NCBI RefSeq assembly: GCF_009914755.1
Contig: NC_060934.1
Direction: 5' to 3' (one strand)
From: the human T2T-CHM13v2.0 reference genome, Homo sapiens
DNA: 64,000 nucleotides
Shown here in pieces: positions 13,507 to 28,655 of the stretch; the stretch's first letter is position 1, and each line of letters begins with the position of its first letter. Made by a program: the position numbers and the translations under genes. The notes beneath the pieces were generated by a model, which did no database searches, was not told the DNA's origin, and worked only from the letters and a program-made list of their open reading frames with translations.

Positions 13507-16379
13507 CATCACTTCACCTCATCATTTCATCTCATTTCATCATTTCATCTCATTTCATCTCATTTTATCTCATCTCATCATATCATCTCATCATTTCATC
13601 TCATCATTTCATCAAATCTCATCTCATTTCCATTATTTCATTTCATCATTTCATTTCACTATTTCATTTCATTTCATCTAATTTCATTTATTTCATTATG
13701 TCACTTCATATCATCTCATTTCATTTCATCTCATCATTTTTCATACCATTATTCATCTCATCATTTCATCTCCTCATCTCATTTCCTCCTTTCAACATTT
13801 CATCTCATCATTTCTTCTCATCTCATTTCAATTTCATTTCATTATTTCATTTCATCTCATTTCATTATTTCACCTAATTTCATTATTTCATCTCATCTCA
13901 TCTCAATTCATCTCATCTCATCTCATCGTTTCATATCATCATTTTTCATCTCATCATTTTTCATCTCATCATTTAATCTCATTTCATTTTGTCTCATCAT
14001 TTCAGCTCATCATTTCATCTCACCACATCTCTTCATTTCATCATTTCATTTCAACATTTCATCATTTCATCTCATCATTTCATCTCATCTCATCTTCCAA
14101 TTTCATTTCAATATCATTTCATTTCATCATTTCATCTCATTTCATTATTTCATTATTTCATCTCACTTCATCTCATCATTTCATCTCATCATTTTTCATC
14201 TCGTCATTTCATCTCATCATCTCATGTTATCATTTCATCTCATTTCTTCTCATCATTTCATCTCATCATTTTATTTCATCTCACCTCATTTCAGTTTCAT
14301 TATTTCATTTCCTTTCACTTTATTTCATTTCATCTCATCTCATCATTTCATCTCATCTTACCTCATTTCATCTCATCATTTCTTCTTATCTCATCTCATC
14401 ATTTCATCATTTCATCTCATTTCATCTCATCTCACCTCATCTCATCATTTCATCTCATCCTTTCATTTCATCTCATCATTTCATCTCCTTTCATCTCATC
14501 TCACCTCAGCATTTCATCATTTCATCTCATCATTTCTTATTTCATCTCATTTTATCTCATCATTTCATCTCATCTCATCTCAATTCAATTTCCTTTCATT
14601 ATTTCATTTCATCTCATTCATTTCATCTCATTTCATTACATCTCATTTCCTCTCATCATTACATCTCATCTCATCTCATCATTTCATCTCATCATTGCAT
14701 CTCATCATTTCATCTCATTTCATCTCATCATTCATCTCATTTCATCTCATTTCCATTTCATTTCCATTTCATCATTTCATCATTTAATTTCATCATCTCA
14801 TTTAATTTCACCTCATTTCATTTTTTCTTTTCATTATGTCATTTCATTTCATCTCATTACATTGCATCTAATTTCATTTCATCTCATTTCATCTCATCTT
14901 TTCATCTCATCATTTCATATCATCTCATCAACTCATTTCATCTTATCTCATCATTTCATCATTTCATCTCATCATTTCATCTCGTATCTTCTCATCTCAT
15001 TTCAATTTCATTTCATTACTTCATTTCATTATTTCATGTCATGTCATCTCATCATTTCATCTCATCACATCTCATCATTTCATCATTTTATTTCATCATT
15101 TCATCTCATCTCAATTTTATTTCAATTTCATTTCATTTCATTATTTCATTTCATTTCATCTCATTATTTCATTATTTCATTTCATTTCATTTCATCTCAT
15201 CATTTCATCTCATCATTCATCTCATCATTTCATATCATCATTTATTCTCACCATTTCATTTCATCTCATCTCATCATTTCATCTCATTTCATCTCATCTC
15301 ATTTCATCATTACATCTTATTTCATCTCATTTTATGTCATTTCATGTCATCATTTCATCACATCTCGTCTCATCTCATCTTTTCATCTCATCATTTCATC
15401 TCATCATTTCAACTCATTGCATCTCATCTCATCATTTCCATTTCATTATTCCATTTCATCATTTCATTTCATTATGTCATTTCATCTCATCACATTTCAT
15501 CTCATCTCATTTCATCTCATCTCATCATTTCATCTCATTTCATCTCATTATTTCATCTGATTTCATGTCATCATATCATGTCATCAATTCATCTCATTTC
15601 ATCACATCTCATCATTTCATCTCATCATTTAATCTCATTTCATCTCATCTCATCATTTCATCTCATCATTTCATCTCATCTCATCATTGCCATTTCATTA
15701 TTTCATCATTTCATTATTTCATTTCATCTCATTTCATTATTGCATTTCATTATGTCATTTCATTTCATCTCATTTCATTACATCTCATTTCATCTCATTT
15801 CATTTCATCTCATCATTTCATCTCATTTCATCTCATCTCATCTCATTTCATCTCATCATTTCATCTCATTTCATCTCATCTCATTTCATCATTTCATCTC
15901 ATCATTCCATCTCATCTCATTTCAATTTCATCATTACATTTCATAATTTCCTTTCATTATTTCATTTCATTTCATCTCATTTCATTATTTCATCTCATTT
16001 TTCATCTCATCATTTTTCATCTCATTTCATCTCATCATTTCATCTTATCATCTCATCTCATTTCATCATTTCATCGTATTGTTCATCTCATTTCATCTCA
16101 TCATTTTATCTCATTATATCATCTCATCTCATCTCAATTTCATTATTTCATATCATTTCATTTCATTATTTCATTTCATCTCATCATTTCTTCTCATCAT
16201 TTCATCTCATCATTTTATCCATCATCTCATCTCATCTCATCTCCTTTCAATTTCTTTTCAATTTTGTCATTTTGTCTCATCATTTCATCTCATCATTTCT
16301 ACTCACCATTTCATCTCATCATTTCATCCCATCATTTCATCATTTCATCTCATCTCAAGTCATCTTATCATTTCATCTA
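13507..16379. repeat. Degenerate CATTT/CATCT/CAT simple-repeat array (satellite-like; not canonical CATTC HSat2/3)
   Basis: About 2.9 kb of interleaved catttcatctcatcatttcat units; G is almost absent from the plus strand. Confidence 0.95.
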
Positions 16380-16539
16380 AGTGAAATGATGTAATGGAAT
16401 CATGAAATGAAATGGATAGGATGCCCTCAGTGATGTTAAATTTAAAAATTGTTTTCATGTATTCATTTTTATATTTATATGTATTTATATTTCTATTTAC
16501 TTATATTTCTTTTTACTTATTTTAAATTATATTTTTACT

Positions 16540-16955
16540 TATTTATTTATAGACAAGGTCCTGTTCTGTGGCCTAGGCAGGAATGCAGTGGTGCATTCAA
16601 AGTTCACTGCAACCTCGAGCAAACCTCCCACCTTAGCCTCCCAGGTAGCTGGGACCCCAGGTGCGTACCACCACACCTGGTTAATATTTTATTATTTGTA
16701 GAGATGGAGTCTTGCTATGCTGCCCAGGCTGGTCTCAAACTCCTGGGCTCAAGCAATCCTCCTGCCTTGGCAACCCAAAATGCTGGGATTACAGATATGA
16801 GCCACAGTGCCAAACCTATTTATTTGTTTATTTATTTAATAAAGAAAAGGTCTCACTATGTTGCCCAGGCTGGTCAACTCCTGCACTCAAATGATTCTTC
16901 AAACTTGGCCTCTCAAAATGTTGGGATTACAGGTATAAGCCACCATGCCTGGCCT
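16540..16955 (-). mobile_element. Old Alu (AluJ-like) plus a monomer fragment
   Basis: agacaaggtcctgttctgtggcctaggc..., ctcctgggctcaagcaatcc, then a second left-arm fragment at ~16845-16955. Confidence 0.8.
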
Positions 16956-17387
16956 AAAAATAGTATTATATTTTTGCATTATATAATTTTCAATTAGGTA
17001 ATATGAATATTCTGTACAGGAAATATGCCCTTAATTACATAGGAATAAACATTTGTTATACTGAGAATAATCTAATAGAGCTAAAAATAAAAATTAATTT
17101 GGAGAGGTCATTAGATACACATACATTCTTATGTTTATACATTCTTTCATATATTCATATATTCTTTTAACAGTATCAATGGTTTGGAGTTACGTGTACA
17201 AAACCATGACCTATATGTAATACAACTAATAACAAGCACTTACAATTCAAGGCATATTATATACAAAGTTTTAACTTCTCATCATCAGATTTCGTTTTTT
17301 TTCTTTCTGTTTTGGCAGATACTATGAACACAACATTCAACTCACAGACACTATGGAGCCCTTACTAAGCATAAAGTACTGTGAAAG

Positions 17388-19175
17388 GCTAGGGCTAGGA
17401 CAGAACTGAGACAGGGCCAGGGATAGGACAGAACTGGGGCAGGGTCATGGCCAGAGAAAAACCAGGGGCAGGGTCACAGCCAGGGACATGAGAGGACCAA
17501 GGCCAGGGCCAGATGTAGGGCAGAACCAGGGCCAGGGCAGGGACATGGCAGGGCCAGGGCCATGGCAGGATCAGGGCCATCAGAAGGCCAGGGCAGGGCT
17601 AGGGTAGCACAGGGCCAAGGCAGGGCAGGGTCAGTGTAGAGCAAGGAACGGGCCAGGGTATGGCAGGGCAGGGACAGGGAGGTCCAGGGCCAGAGTCAGG
17701 TCCAGGACATGGACAGGGCAGGGCCAGAAATATGGCAGGACCAGAAAGGGGACAGGGAAGGGGCAAGGCCAAGGCCAGAGAAGGACCACGGTAAAAACAT
17801 GGCCAGGGAGGGTCCAGGACAAGGGCAAGGCCAGGGCAGAACCAGAGCCAGGGCAGGCAAAGGCAGGGCCAGGGCAGGGCAGGGCCAGGGCAGGTCAACG
17901 CCAGGGTAGGGTAGGGCCAGTGTAGGGTGAGGGTAGGGCCAGGGCAAGTTCAGGGCCAGGGCAGGACTAAGATAGCACAGGGCCAAGGCCAAGGCCCTGT
18001 ACTAAGATAGCACAGGGCCAGGGCAGGGCCAAAGGAGGGGCCAGGGCCAAGCATGGCCAGTGTGGGGCCTGGGGATTGTCAGGGCCAGGGCCAGGGTGAA
18101 GGCTGAGCCAGAGACAGGGCCAGAGCAATGGCAGGGCCAGGGAGAAGGCAGAACCAGAGAGGATCCAGAGAAACAGCAGGGCCAGGGCAGAACAAGGACC
18201 AGGATAAGGCAAAGCCAAGGCCAGGGCAGGGCAACGACAGGGCAGGGCAAGACCAGGGAAGGGCAAGGCCAGGGTAGAAAAGGCCAGTGTACAGCCAGGC
18301 CAGGGTAGGAAAAGGCCATGGTAGGGCCAAGGCCAAGGTGGGGCAGGGCTAGGGTAGCACAGGGCATGGCCAAAAACAGGGCAGGGCCATAGCAGTGGCA
18401 GGACTAGCAACAGGGCCAGGGTAAGTGCTGGACCAGAGCATGGTGGGGACAATACAGGGCCAGGACAGATGATGGCAAGGCAGGTCCAAGGTCATTTCAT
18501 GGACTCGGTAGGCCTGGGGTCAGGCCAGGGCAGGGAAAGGGCAAGGCCAGGGAGAAGGCTGGGCCGGGGCCAAGGCACTGCCAGGACAGGGCAGGACCAG
18601 TGCAGGGTGAGGGCAAGGCCAGGGCATGGATGGGCAGGGCAGGACCAACGAAGGGCCAGGAGAGGGCCACGGCAGGGTCAAGGCCAGAACAAGGGTATGG
18701 CTGGGGTCAGGAATATGGTAGGGCAAGGGCTGGGCCCAGACTGGGACACACAGGGCAGAGCATGGCCTGTACAAGGCAGGGCCAGAGCCAGGCCATAGAG
18801 ATGGGAGGGCAACACCAAGGCAGAGTCAGGGTAGATCCAGGGCTGAGCAGAGTCAGGGCGGGTCCATAGTCGAGGCAGAGCTAGGGCCCAAGCAGGGCCA
18901 TGGCAGCACCAGGGCAGAGGAGGGCAGGGCAATGCAGGACTGGGCCATGGCAGTGCCTGGTCAACTTCGGGGCAGGGCCAGAAGCAGGACAGGGCCAGGG
19001 CCAATGCTCAGGCCAGGGACAGGGCATGACAGCAAGTGCCAGAGCAGGGCTGGGCCAAAGTTGGGGCAGGGCAAATCAGACCAGGACACCTCCAAGTCCA
19101 GCTCTGGCCCTGCCTTGGCCCTGGCCCCTTCCTGACCTGACCTTGTCCCTGGCCCTGTCCTATCCATGCCCTGTG
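17388..19175 (+). repeat. CAGGG repeat block 1 (G-rich on plus; C-rich inverted tail from ~19100)
   Basis: Degenerate cagggc/cagggccagg units, the CAGGG repeat class known from hominoid pericentromeric duplication junctions. Confidence 0.92.
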
Positions 19176-19226
19176 TGTTTGACCAGTGTTTTATAACCAG
19201 AATCCTACAAGAAACTTAAATCAGCT

Positions 19227-19342
19227 CTTTTTGTGCATTTTTAGTAGAGATGGGGTTTCACAATGTTGCCCAGGCTGGTTCCAAACTCCTGAGCTCAAGC
19301 CATCTGCCTGCCTTGGCCTCCCAAAGTGCTGGGATTACAGGA
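19227..19342 (-). mobile_element. Alu left-arm/FLAM fragment inside an AT-rich spacer within the CAGGG array
   Basis: ttagtagagatggggtttcacaatgttgcccaggctgg...cccaaagtgctgggattacagg. Confidence 0.85.
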
Positions 19343-19643
19343 GTAATCTGGCCAAGTATTTAACTTCTTTATGCCTGTTTCCTACATTTGGAAAATGGGG
19401 ATGCTTTAAGTACCTAGCACATAGAATTATTGTGAGAATCAATGCCTCACATATTTACATATTGATAAAATTATACTCATAGAACAGTACTGGAAGCAGA
19501 GATAGTATTAGTTAAAATTTAGTGATTATTTACTGTAAATATTATTACTATTACAAACAACATAGTATAGACATTATTACCACTACTATAGTTATCTTAA
19601 AAATCTAAAATAAAAATTTTACATAATAGCCTAATGTAATCTC

Positions 19644-22600
19644 CCCTGCTCTGCCCCGGCTCAGCCCTAGTGCCGGCTCTGCCCCTAGTCCTACCACATC
19701 CCTGGCCCTGACCCTTCCCTGGTCCTGCCGCTGCCCTGGCCCTTCCCATCTTCAGGCCTTACCATGGCCCTACCCTGGTCCTGACCCTGGCCCTACCCCA
19801 GAGAAGGGGTATGGCAGAGCCAGGGAAGGGCTGGGGCAAATAAGGGACAGGACACATCCAAATCCAGGAAAGGGCCAGGGCCATGACAGAGCCAGGGCGA
19901 GTCCTTGGCAGGGCCAGGTTCCAGGCCAGGGCCAGGAAAGGGTCATGGCAGGGTCACTGTATGGCCAAGGTCCAGGCCAAAGCCAAGGCAGGGGCAGGGT
20001 CAGGCCTGCATAAGGGCAGGACCAGAGCCAGTGATACGGCAGGGCCAGGGCCAGGGAGGGCCAGGGCTGTGTCAGGACAGAACAAGAGCAGAGCAGGGCA
20101 GGACCAGAGCCAGGCCATAGAGAGAGTAGGGCAAATGCCAAGGCAAGGCCAGGGTAGTGCCAGGGCTGAGGCAAGGTCAGGGAAGGTCCAGGGCTGAGTC
20201 AAGGCTGGAACAAAGACAGGGGCAAAGGCCGGGGCAGATCTAGGGCACAAGCAGGGCAGGCTAGGGCAGGGCAATGGCAAGACCAGGCCATGGCAGGGCC
20301 AGCCCAGGATAGAACAGGGCACAGGCAGGACAGGGCCAGGGCCATGGCTGGGGCAGGACAAGGACCAGGACCAGGGTCCAGGCCAGGGCAAGGGTATCAC
20401 CAGGGCAGAAGTAGGGCCAGAACCAGGGTCTGGGCAGGACCAAGGAGAGTCCATTGCAGGGCCAGGGTTCAGACCAGGGCCAGAGCAGGGCTGGGACAGG
20501 GCCAGGGCCAGGACCAGGAAAGGGCAATGTCAGGATAAGAGCCATGGCAGGACCAGCAACCAGGCTAGGGCCAGGACAGGGACAGGGACAGGGTCAGGGC
20601 TAGGGCCAGAATAGCATGCCAGGGTAGAGCCAGGCCAAATTAGGGCCAGGACAGGGTCAGGACCAGGGCTGGGCCAGGGTATGGCCTTAAGTAGTGAAGG
20701 GCCAGGGCCAGGGTCCATGCCAGTGCCAGCGCTGGTCCAGGGCAGAGGCAGGGCCATGGCCAGGTCAAGGACAAGGCTGGCAGGGCCAAGGTCTGGGTCA
20801 GGGTCAGCACAAGACCAGGACAGAGCCAGGGGAGGGACAGGGCCATGGTAGGGCCAGGTTAAATCAGGGACAAGACACCTGCAAATCCACTTCAGGGCCA
20901 GGGTCAGGGCAGGGCCAGTTCAGGGCCAGGGCCAAGACAGGGCCAGGGCCAGGGCTGTCAGGGTCATTGGCAGGCCCAGGGCCATGGCAGGACCAGGGTC
21001 AGGAGCAAGGGTCAATGCCAGGCCAACGCCACAGATACGACCAGGTCTGTGCTAGGGCCAGTGTGAGGGCCAAGGTGGGGTCAGGGCAGGGCCAAAGGGA
21101 GGGCAAGGCAAGGGCAGGGTGGAACAGGCCCAGAGTAGCACATGGTTAAGATAGGGCACGACCAACCAGGGCAGGTCTATGGCTGGGGCCGGGGCATGGA
21201 AAGGGCCGGGGCAGGGCCAGAGCCAGGGCAGGGCAAAGACAGTGGCAGCTCCAGGGCAGGCCCAGGGTTAGGACCACGGACATGTCCAAGGCCAGTGCCA
21301 GGGCAAGGACAAGGGCAGGGGCAGGGCCAGGGTCATCTAAGAACCAGGGACAAAGCCAGGCCCAGAGCAGGGCCAGGACAGGTACCTGGAAGGGCTAGGG
21401 TCTGGGACAGGGCCATGGCAGGGCCAGGGCCACAACCAGGTCTGTGCTATGGCCAGGTCCAACACAGTGCCCAGGTAAGGCTAGGGTGAAGGCCAAGGTA
21501 GGGCCAGGGCGGGGTCAAAGCCAGGCGAGGGCCAAGGCAGGACCAGGGCTGGAAAGGCAGGGACAGGAAAGCATAGGGCCAAGGCAGGGCAGGGCCAGGC
21601 CAGTGCCAAGACCTGGGCAGGGCCAGGGAACAGCCAGGGCAGGGCCAGGGCCAGGGCCAGGGCCAGGGCCAGGGCCTGGGCAGGACCAGGTTTGGGGCAG
21701 GAGCAAAACAAGGGCAAGGACAGTGCAGGATCTTGGCACAGCCAGGGCCCAGGACAGTGTCAGGGCAGGGCCAAGGCAGGGTCAGGGCCATGGTAAGACC
21801 AGCAACAGGGCTGGGGCTAGGCCAGTGACAGGACCAGAGTCAGGGCAAGGGCCAGAGCAGTGCAAGGCCAGGGTAGGGCCAGGCATTTCAGGGTCAGGGC
21901 CAGGGGAGAACCAGGGCAAGGTCTCAAGCAGGGAAGGGCCAGGGCCAGAACAGGTCCAGGGCAGGGCCATGACAGGGCCAGGGGCTGTGTTAGGGCAAAG
22001 GCAGGGCCAGAGCAAGGTAAGGGTCAGGGCCAAGGCCAGGGTAGGGACAGGGCAAGAAATATGGCATGACCAGGGGCAATTCCAAGGCCAAGGCTGGGCC
22101 AGGGCTGAGTCAGGGCAGGGCAGGGCAGGGCATGGCATGGCCAGTGCAGGACAGGACAAGAGCCGGTCCACAGAGAGAGCAGGGCTGATGCCAAGAAAGA
22201 GCCAGGCTAGTGCCAAGGCTGAGGCAGTGTCAGAGCATGTCTGGGGCAGGGCCGGGGCCAGGGCCAGAACTGAGCCAGGGCACAGCCAAGGCAGGGTAGG
22301 GCAGGGAAACAGCATGGCCGGGTCAGTACTGGGACAGGGCAGAGCAGGGCAAGGCAATGGTAGGGGCAGGGCAGGGACAGGCCAATGCAGAGCCACGTTA
22401 TGCCGGGGCCAGGACACCTCCAAGTCCACTTCAGGGCCAGGGCTATGGCAGGACCAAGACCAGGGCCAGGGTCAGGGCCAGGTCTGTGCTAGGGCCAGCT
22501 CCAGAGCAGGGCCTAGCAAAGACTAGGGTGAGGGTCAAGGTAAGGCCAGGGCAGGGTCAAAGGCAGAGTAGGGCCAGGGCAGGGTGATGACACATCCAGA

Positions 22601-23345
22601 GCACAGCAGGGCAGGGTGATGGCAAGACCAGGGGCAGACCACTGCCAGCTCAGGGCCAGGGAAAGGCCAGTGCAGAGCCAGGAAAGGGTCAGGGCCAGGA
22701 ACAAGGCAGAGCAGGGCCAGGGCCATGGCAGAGTCAGGGCAAGTCCTTGACAGGACCAGGTTCCAGGCCAGGGCCAGGGCAGCAGCAGGGGCAGGGCCTG
22801 GATAAGGGCAGGGCCAGGGATATGGCAGGACCAGGGCTAGGGCCAGGGCCAGGCCATAGTGAGGGCAGGGCAAAAGTCGAGGCAGGGTCTGGGCAGGTCC
22901 AGGGAGCGGCCAGCACCAAGCAGGGCCAAGGCACAACCAGCACAGCGTAAGGCAGGGCAATGGCACCACTGGGCCATGACAGGGAAGGTCAGTGCCAGGA
23001 GAGGGCAGAACAGGCAGGCCCATGGTGGGGCCAGGGCAGGGATGGGCCAAAGCAGGACCAGGACATGTCCAAGGCCAGGTCAGGGCCAGAACAGGATTAG
23101 GACCATGACCACTGGCAGGGCCAGTGCCATGACATGACCAGGGTCAGGACAAGGGGCAGGGCCAGAGCCAGGGCCAGAGCCAAGGTCAGGCCAGTGCAGG
23201 TTCAGGGCAGGGCCAGTGCCAGGGCAAGACCAGGGCAGGGACAGGGTAGCACAGGGCCAAGACAGGGTCAGGATGGGACCAGAGCTGGACAGGGCCGAGA
23301 CAGTCCAGGTAACAGTAGGGCAGGTACAGGGCAAGGCAGGGCAAA
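19644..23345 (+). repeat. CAGGG repeat block 2 (C-rich 19644-19800, then G-rich on plus)
   Basis: Same unit, including a perfect (cagggc)n run at ~21635-21676. All Gly/Gln/Pro/Arg ORFs here are repeat translations. Confidence 0.92.
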
Positions 23346-24635
23346 ACCAGGCCCATTGCCAATGCACCAGCCCTCCCTACAAGGCTCCTACAACCTGGCC
23401 ACTGCTGCAGCCCGTCCATCGCTGTAAGCCTGACCCCAACCCTGGCTGCAGCCGCCTGCCCTCCTAGCGCGGCCGCTCTCCTACCGCTCTGGCGCACTGC
23501 AGTCTCCATTGCTGCCACCCACCCGCAGCGAGGCAAGTCATGGTGTCACAGGCTCTAGGTGTCTCCTTCTCCTCCTGGCACGGAGCAGCTGGGCGGGCAA
23601 AGCCAGAAAAGCCTAGAGGAAGATGTAAGGGGTGGAAGGGTTAGAGCCTCAACTTGTCGTGCTGGCCACTGGGTGGCAGGGGCCAGTTTCAGCAAAGGCC
23701 CTCACACCCACCCTCCAAAGTCCAGCCTCTCCTTTTGGCCCAAGCTGGCTGGGAACTGGGGTCTGGGGTGGGTGCTGGAGACACCACAGCACCCAGCTCC
23801 CCACTCCACAGGAACCATTGGGCCCACCAGGGCTGCACTCCTTGGGGAACAGGAGAAGCAGAAAAATTCAGACCCAGCCAGCCCTCTGCACCCAGGTGCC
23901 AATTCCTGTTCCGGACGCCTCCACACACAGGGCCCTGTCCCCCGTGGTGTCCCCAGGGGTGCCTGGCAGCCTCTGAGGCACAGACCCAGAGTGCACAGGC
24001 CTAGGAACCACGGTAGGTGTGGGGGCTCTGCCATGCTCAGGATTCCCACACAAACGCTGCGTGCCTGCCGCACTCCAGTAGGACCAAGAGTGGGTCGCCC
24101 TCTGGAGTGTGGAGTCAGGGAGAGGAGAACCACTCCTTCCTTGGATGCCAACTCTGCTGACCGCCGCCAGCAGTGCAGCCCCTGATAGCACCGAACTTGC
24201 CCGCCCTCCACAGCTAGTCCTGCCCTCAATAGCGCCCCCCACCTCCATCCCCCAATGCCTCCAGTAGCGTATACCCGATAGTGCCCTAACCTGTCCTCCT
24301 CCATGGGCATTGCAGCCCCAGAAAGTGCCCATAACCCACCCTCCCTGCCATGGGCAGTGCAGCCCTGTACAGTGCTACCAACCAGTAGCCCTAATGCAGG
24401 CAATGACAACCTGGATAGCGCCCCCAACCCACCCCACACTGTGAAAGGTGCAGCCCTGGATACCCCCTGTCATACCACTCTGGTCGTGCTGCAGTCTCTG
24501 TCACCACCACCACCAATCACAGTGAGGCAAGCCAGTGGGCCACAGGCTCTAGCACCCAGCAGCCAGGCACGGAGCAGCTCTCGCCGATGGCTGGCTCCTA
24601 CCACTCTGACCACGCTGCTGTCTCTGTGGCCATCT
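23346..24635. repeat. REP522/TAR-like GC-rich subtelomeric-pericentromeric repeat
   Basis: GC-rich block with internal units (ctcctaccgctctgg, tagcgccccc, acaggctctag...ggcacggagcagct). Family assignment is from recall. Confidence 0.6.
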
Positions 24636-26670
24636 TCTTTGACTACAAAAGAATAAAACTAGGTATCAATAAGAAGAGTAATTTTGGAAACAATACAATC
24701 ACATGGAAGTTAAACACTACCCTCCTGAATAAATGACTAGCGGGTAAATGAAGATACTAAGACAGAAATTCAAAAATTTCATGAAACAAAGGGTAACGAA
24801 AACACAGTATACCAAAACTTGTTACGCAGAAAGCAGTACAGAGGCAGAGATTTACAGCTATAAGTGCCTACCATCCAAACAAAAGAAAAACTTCAAATAA
24901 ACAATACATCTTAAAGAACTAGTAAAGTAAGAACAAACTAAACCGAAAATAAGAAAATAAACAAGATCGTAGCAGAAATAAAATTGAAAGAAAAAACACA
25001 CAAGATTAAATGAAAAGTTGGTTTTCTGGAAAGCAAAACAAAATTGACAAACTTTTAACCAGGCTAACTAAGAAAAAAGAGACAAGATTCAAATAAATAA
25101 AATCAACAGATTAAAAAAAGGAGACATTACAACTAATACTTCAGAAATTCAAAGGATCATAACTGGCTATTATATGCCAATAAATTGGAAAGCCTAGTAG
25201 AAATTGGCAAATTCCTAGATGCATACAACCTACTTAGGTTGAACAATGAAAACATCCAAGACCAGAACAGATCGGTAAAAAGTAATGAGATTGAAGCCAT
25301 CAGAAAAAGTCTCCCAGTAAAGAAAAGCCCAGGAACTGATGTCTTCACTGCTGATGGCTTCACACCAAACAATTTAAAGACCTAGTACAAATCCTACTCA
25401 AACTATTTTGAAAAACAGGAGGGGATACTTCCAAACTTATTCTATGAGACCATTATTACTGTGATACCAAAATCAGACAAAGGCATCAAAGAAGGAAACT
25501 ACAGGCCAGTATCTCTAATATTGATGCAAAAATCCTCAACAAAATACAAGTGAATCAAATTCAGTAATACATTAAAAAGATAATTCATCATGATCAAGTG
25601 GGATGTATCCCTGGGATGCAAGGGTCACTCAACATACAATGTGATACATCATATAAACCGAATAAATGTCAACTGAAACTGAAAAAGCATTTGATGAAAT
25701 TCAACATCCCTTCATGCTATTAATCCTCAAAGAAACGGGTACAGAAGAAACATACTGCAACATAGTAAAAACTACAGGAAAGACACCCACAGCTAGAATC
25801 ATATGGAGAGAGGTCCAGGCTGCAGTGAGCTGTGATCCCACCACTGCACTCCAGCCTGGGCAACAGAATGAAACCCTGTCTCAAAAAAAAAAAAAAAAAC
25901 AAAAAACGTAAAAAGAGGTATGAGCCTCTTTTATAGGTACAGTGACTCACATCTGTAATCCCAACACTTTCTGGGAGGCTGAGGTGAGAGGATCTCTTGA
26001 GGCCAGGAGTTCAAGATCAGCCTGGGCAATATAACAAGACCCTTTATCTACAAAAAATTTTTAAATATTTGCCAGGTGTGGCGGCACGTGCCTGTAGTCT
26101 TAAACAATTATATGACCCAGATAGTGTATTCCTTAGGGATATACCCAAGGGAAATGAAAATATACATCCACACTAAAATTTGTACACAAATGTTCACAGC
26201 AGCATTGTGCATAATAGCCAAAAATTGGAAAAAAAACTCAAGTGCCTATCAACAGAGGAACTGATAAAATATGGTATATCCATTCAAAAGATTACTCAGC
26301 ATTAAAAAAGAATGAAGTGCTGATATATGCTACAGCATGGATAAACCTTGAAAACACTGTGCCAAGTGAAGTAAGTCAATCACAAAAGACCACATGTAGT
26401 AAGATTTCATTCTGTGAAGCCTCCAGAAGAGCTAAACTCAGAGACAGAAAGTAGGCTAGTTATTGCCAGGGACTAGGGGAAAAGGGAATAAGGATGACTG
26501 CTAATGGGTATGGGATTTCTTGTGGACTGATGAAAATGGTCTGAAAGTATCTAGATACCTGTCTTGTTTGTGCGATTCTGTGAACATATTATAAACCACA
26601 AAATTCTGCACTCAAGGGGTTGATTTCATGGTAGGTGAATTTATCTCATTTATCTTTATCTCAATAAAGC
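24636..26670 (+). mobile_element. Old L1M ORF2 and 3' fragments interrupted by Alu pieces (~25811-26100)
   Basis: Degenerate ORF2 peptides (KFLDAYNLLRLNNE..KKSPGTDVFTA, EKAFDEIQHPFM) and an L1M-type 3' end; inferred to be TTC28 intron 1 sequence. Confidence 0.75.
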
Positions 26671-26859
26671 TTTTTAAAGACACTTAAAAAAGACATCTGT
26701 ATAAGCTACAAATATAACACACTGAGAGACTAAAATGCTTAATTTTTCCATTTTTCTTCTTCAGCGCAATCTCAAGTCCAAAAGTCTTTCCTTCCTATAT
26801 ATGCATATTTTGTCCAGTGAAACAAGAAACTCTATTAACTTTTTTATTAGAAATTTAAA

Positions 26860-28655
<1,796 letters not shown>

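Noticed and set aside
13453-16394. Long His/Phe/Ile/Ser-rich ORFs (up to 523 aa)
   Set aside because: The G-poor CATTT repeat rarely makes stop codons, and overlapping ORFs are open in several frames; compositional artefact.
17395-23536. Many Gly/Gln/Pro/Arg or Pro/Trp/Leu ORFs
   Set aside because: Translations of the CAGGG repeat on both strands; no domain content or splice structure.
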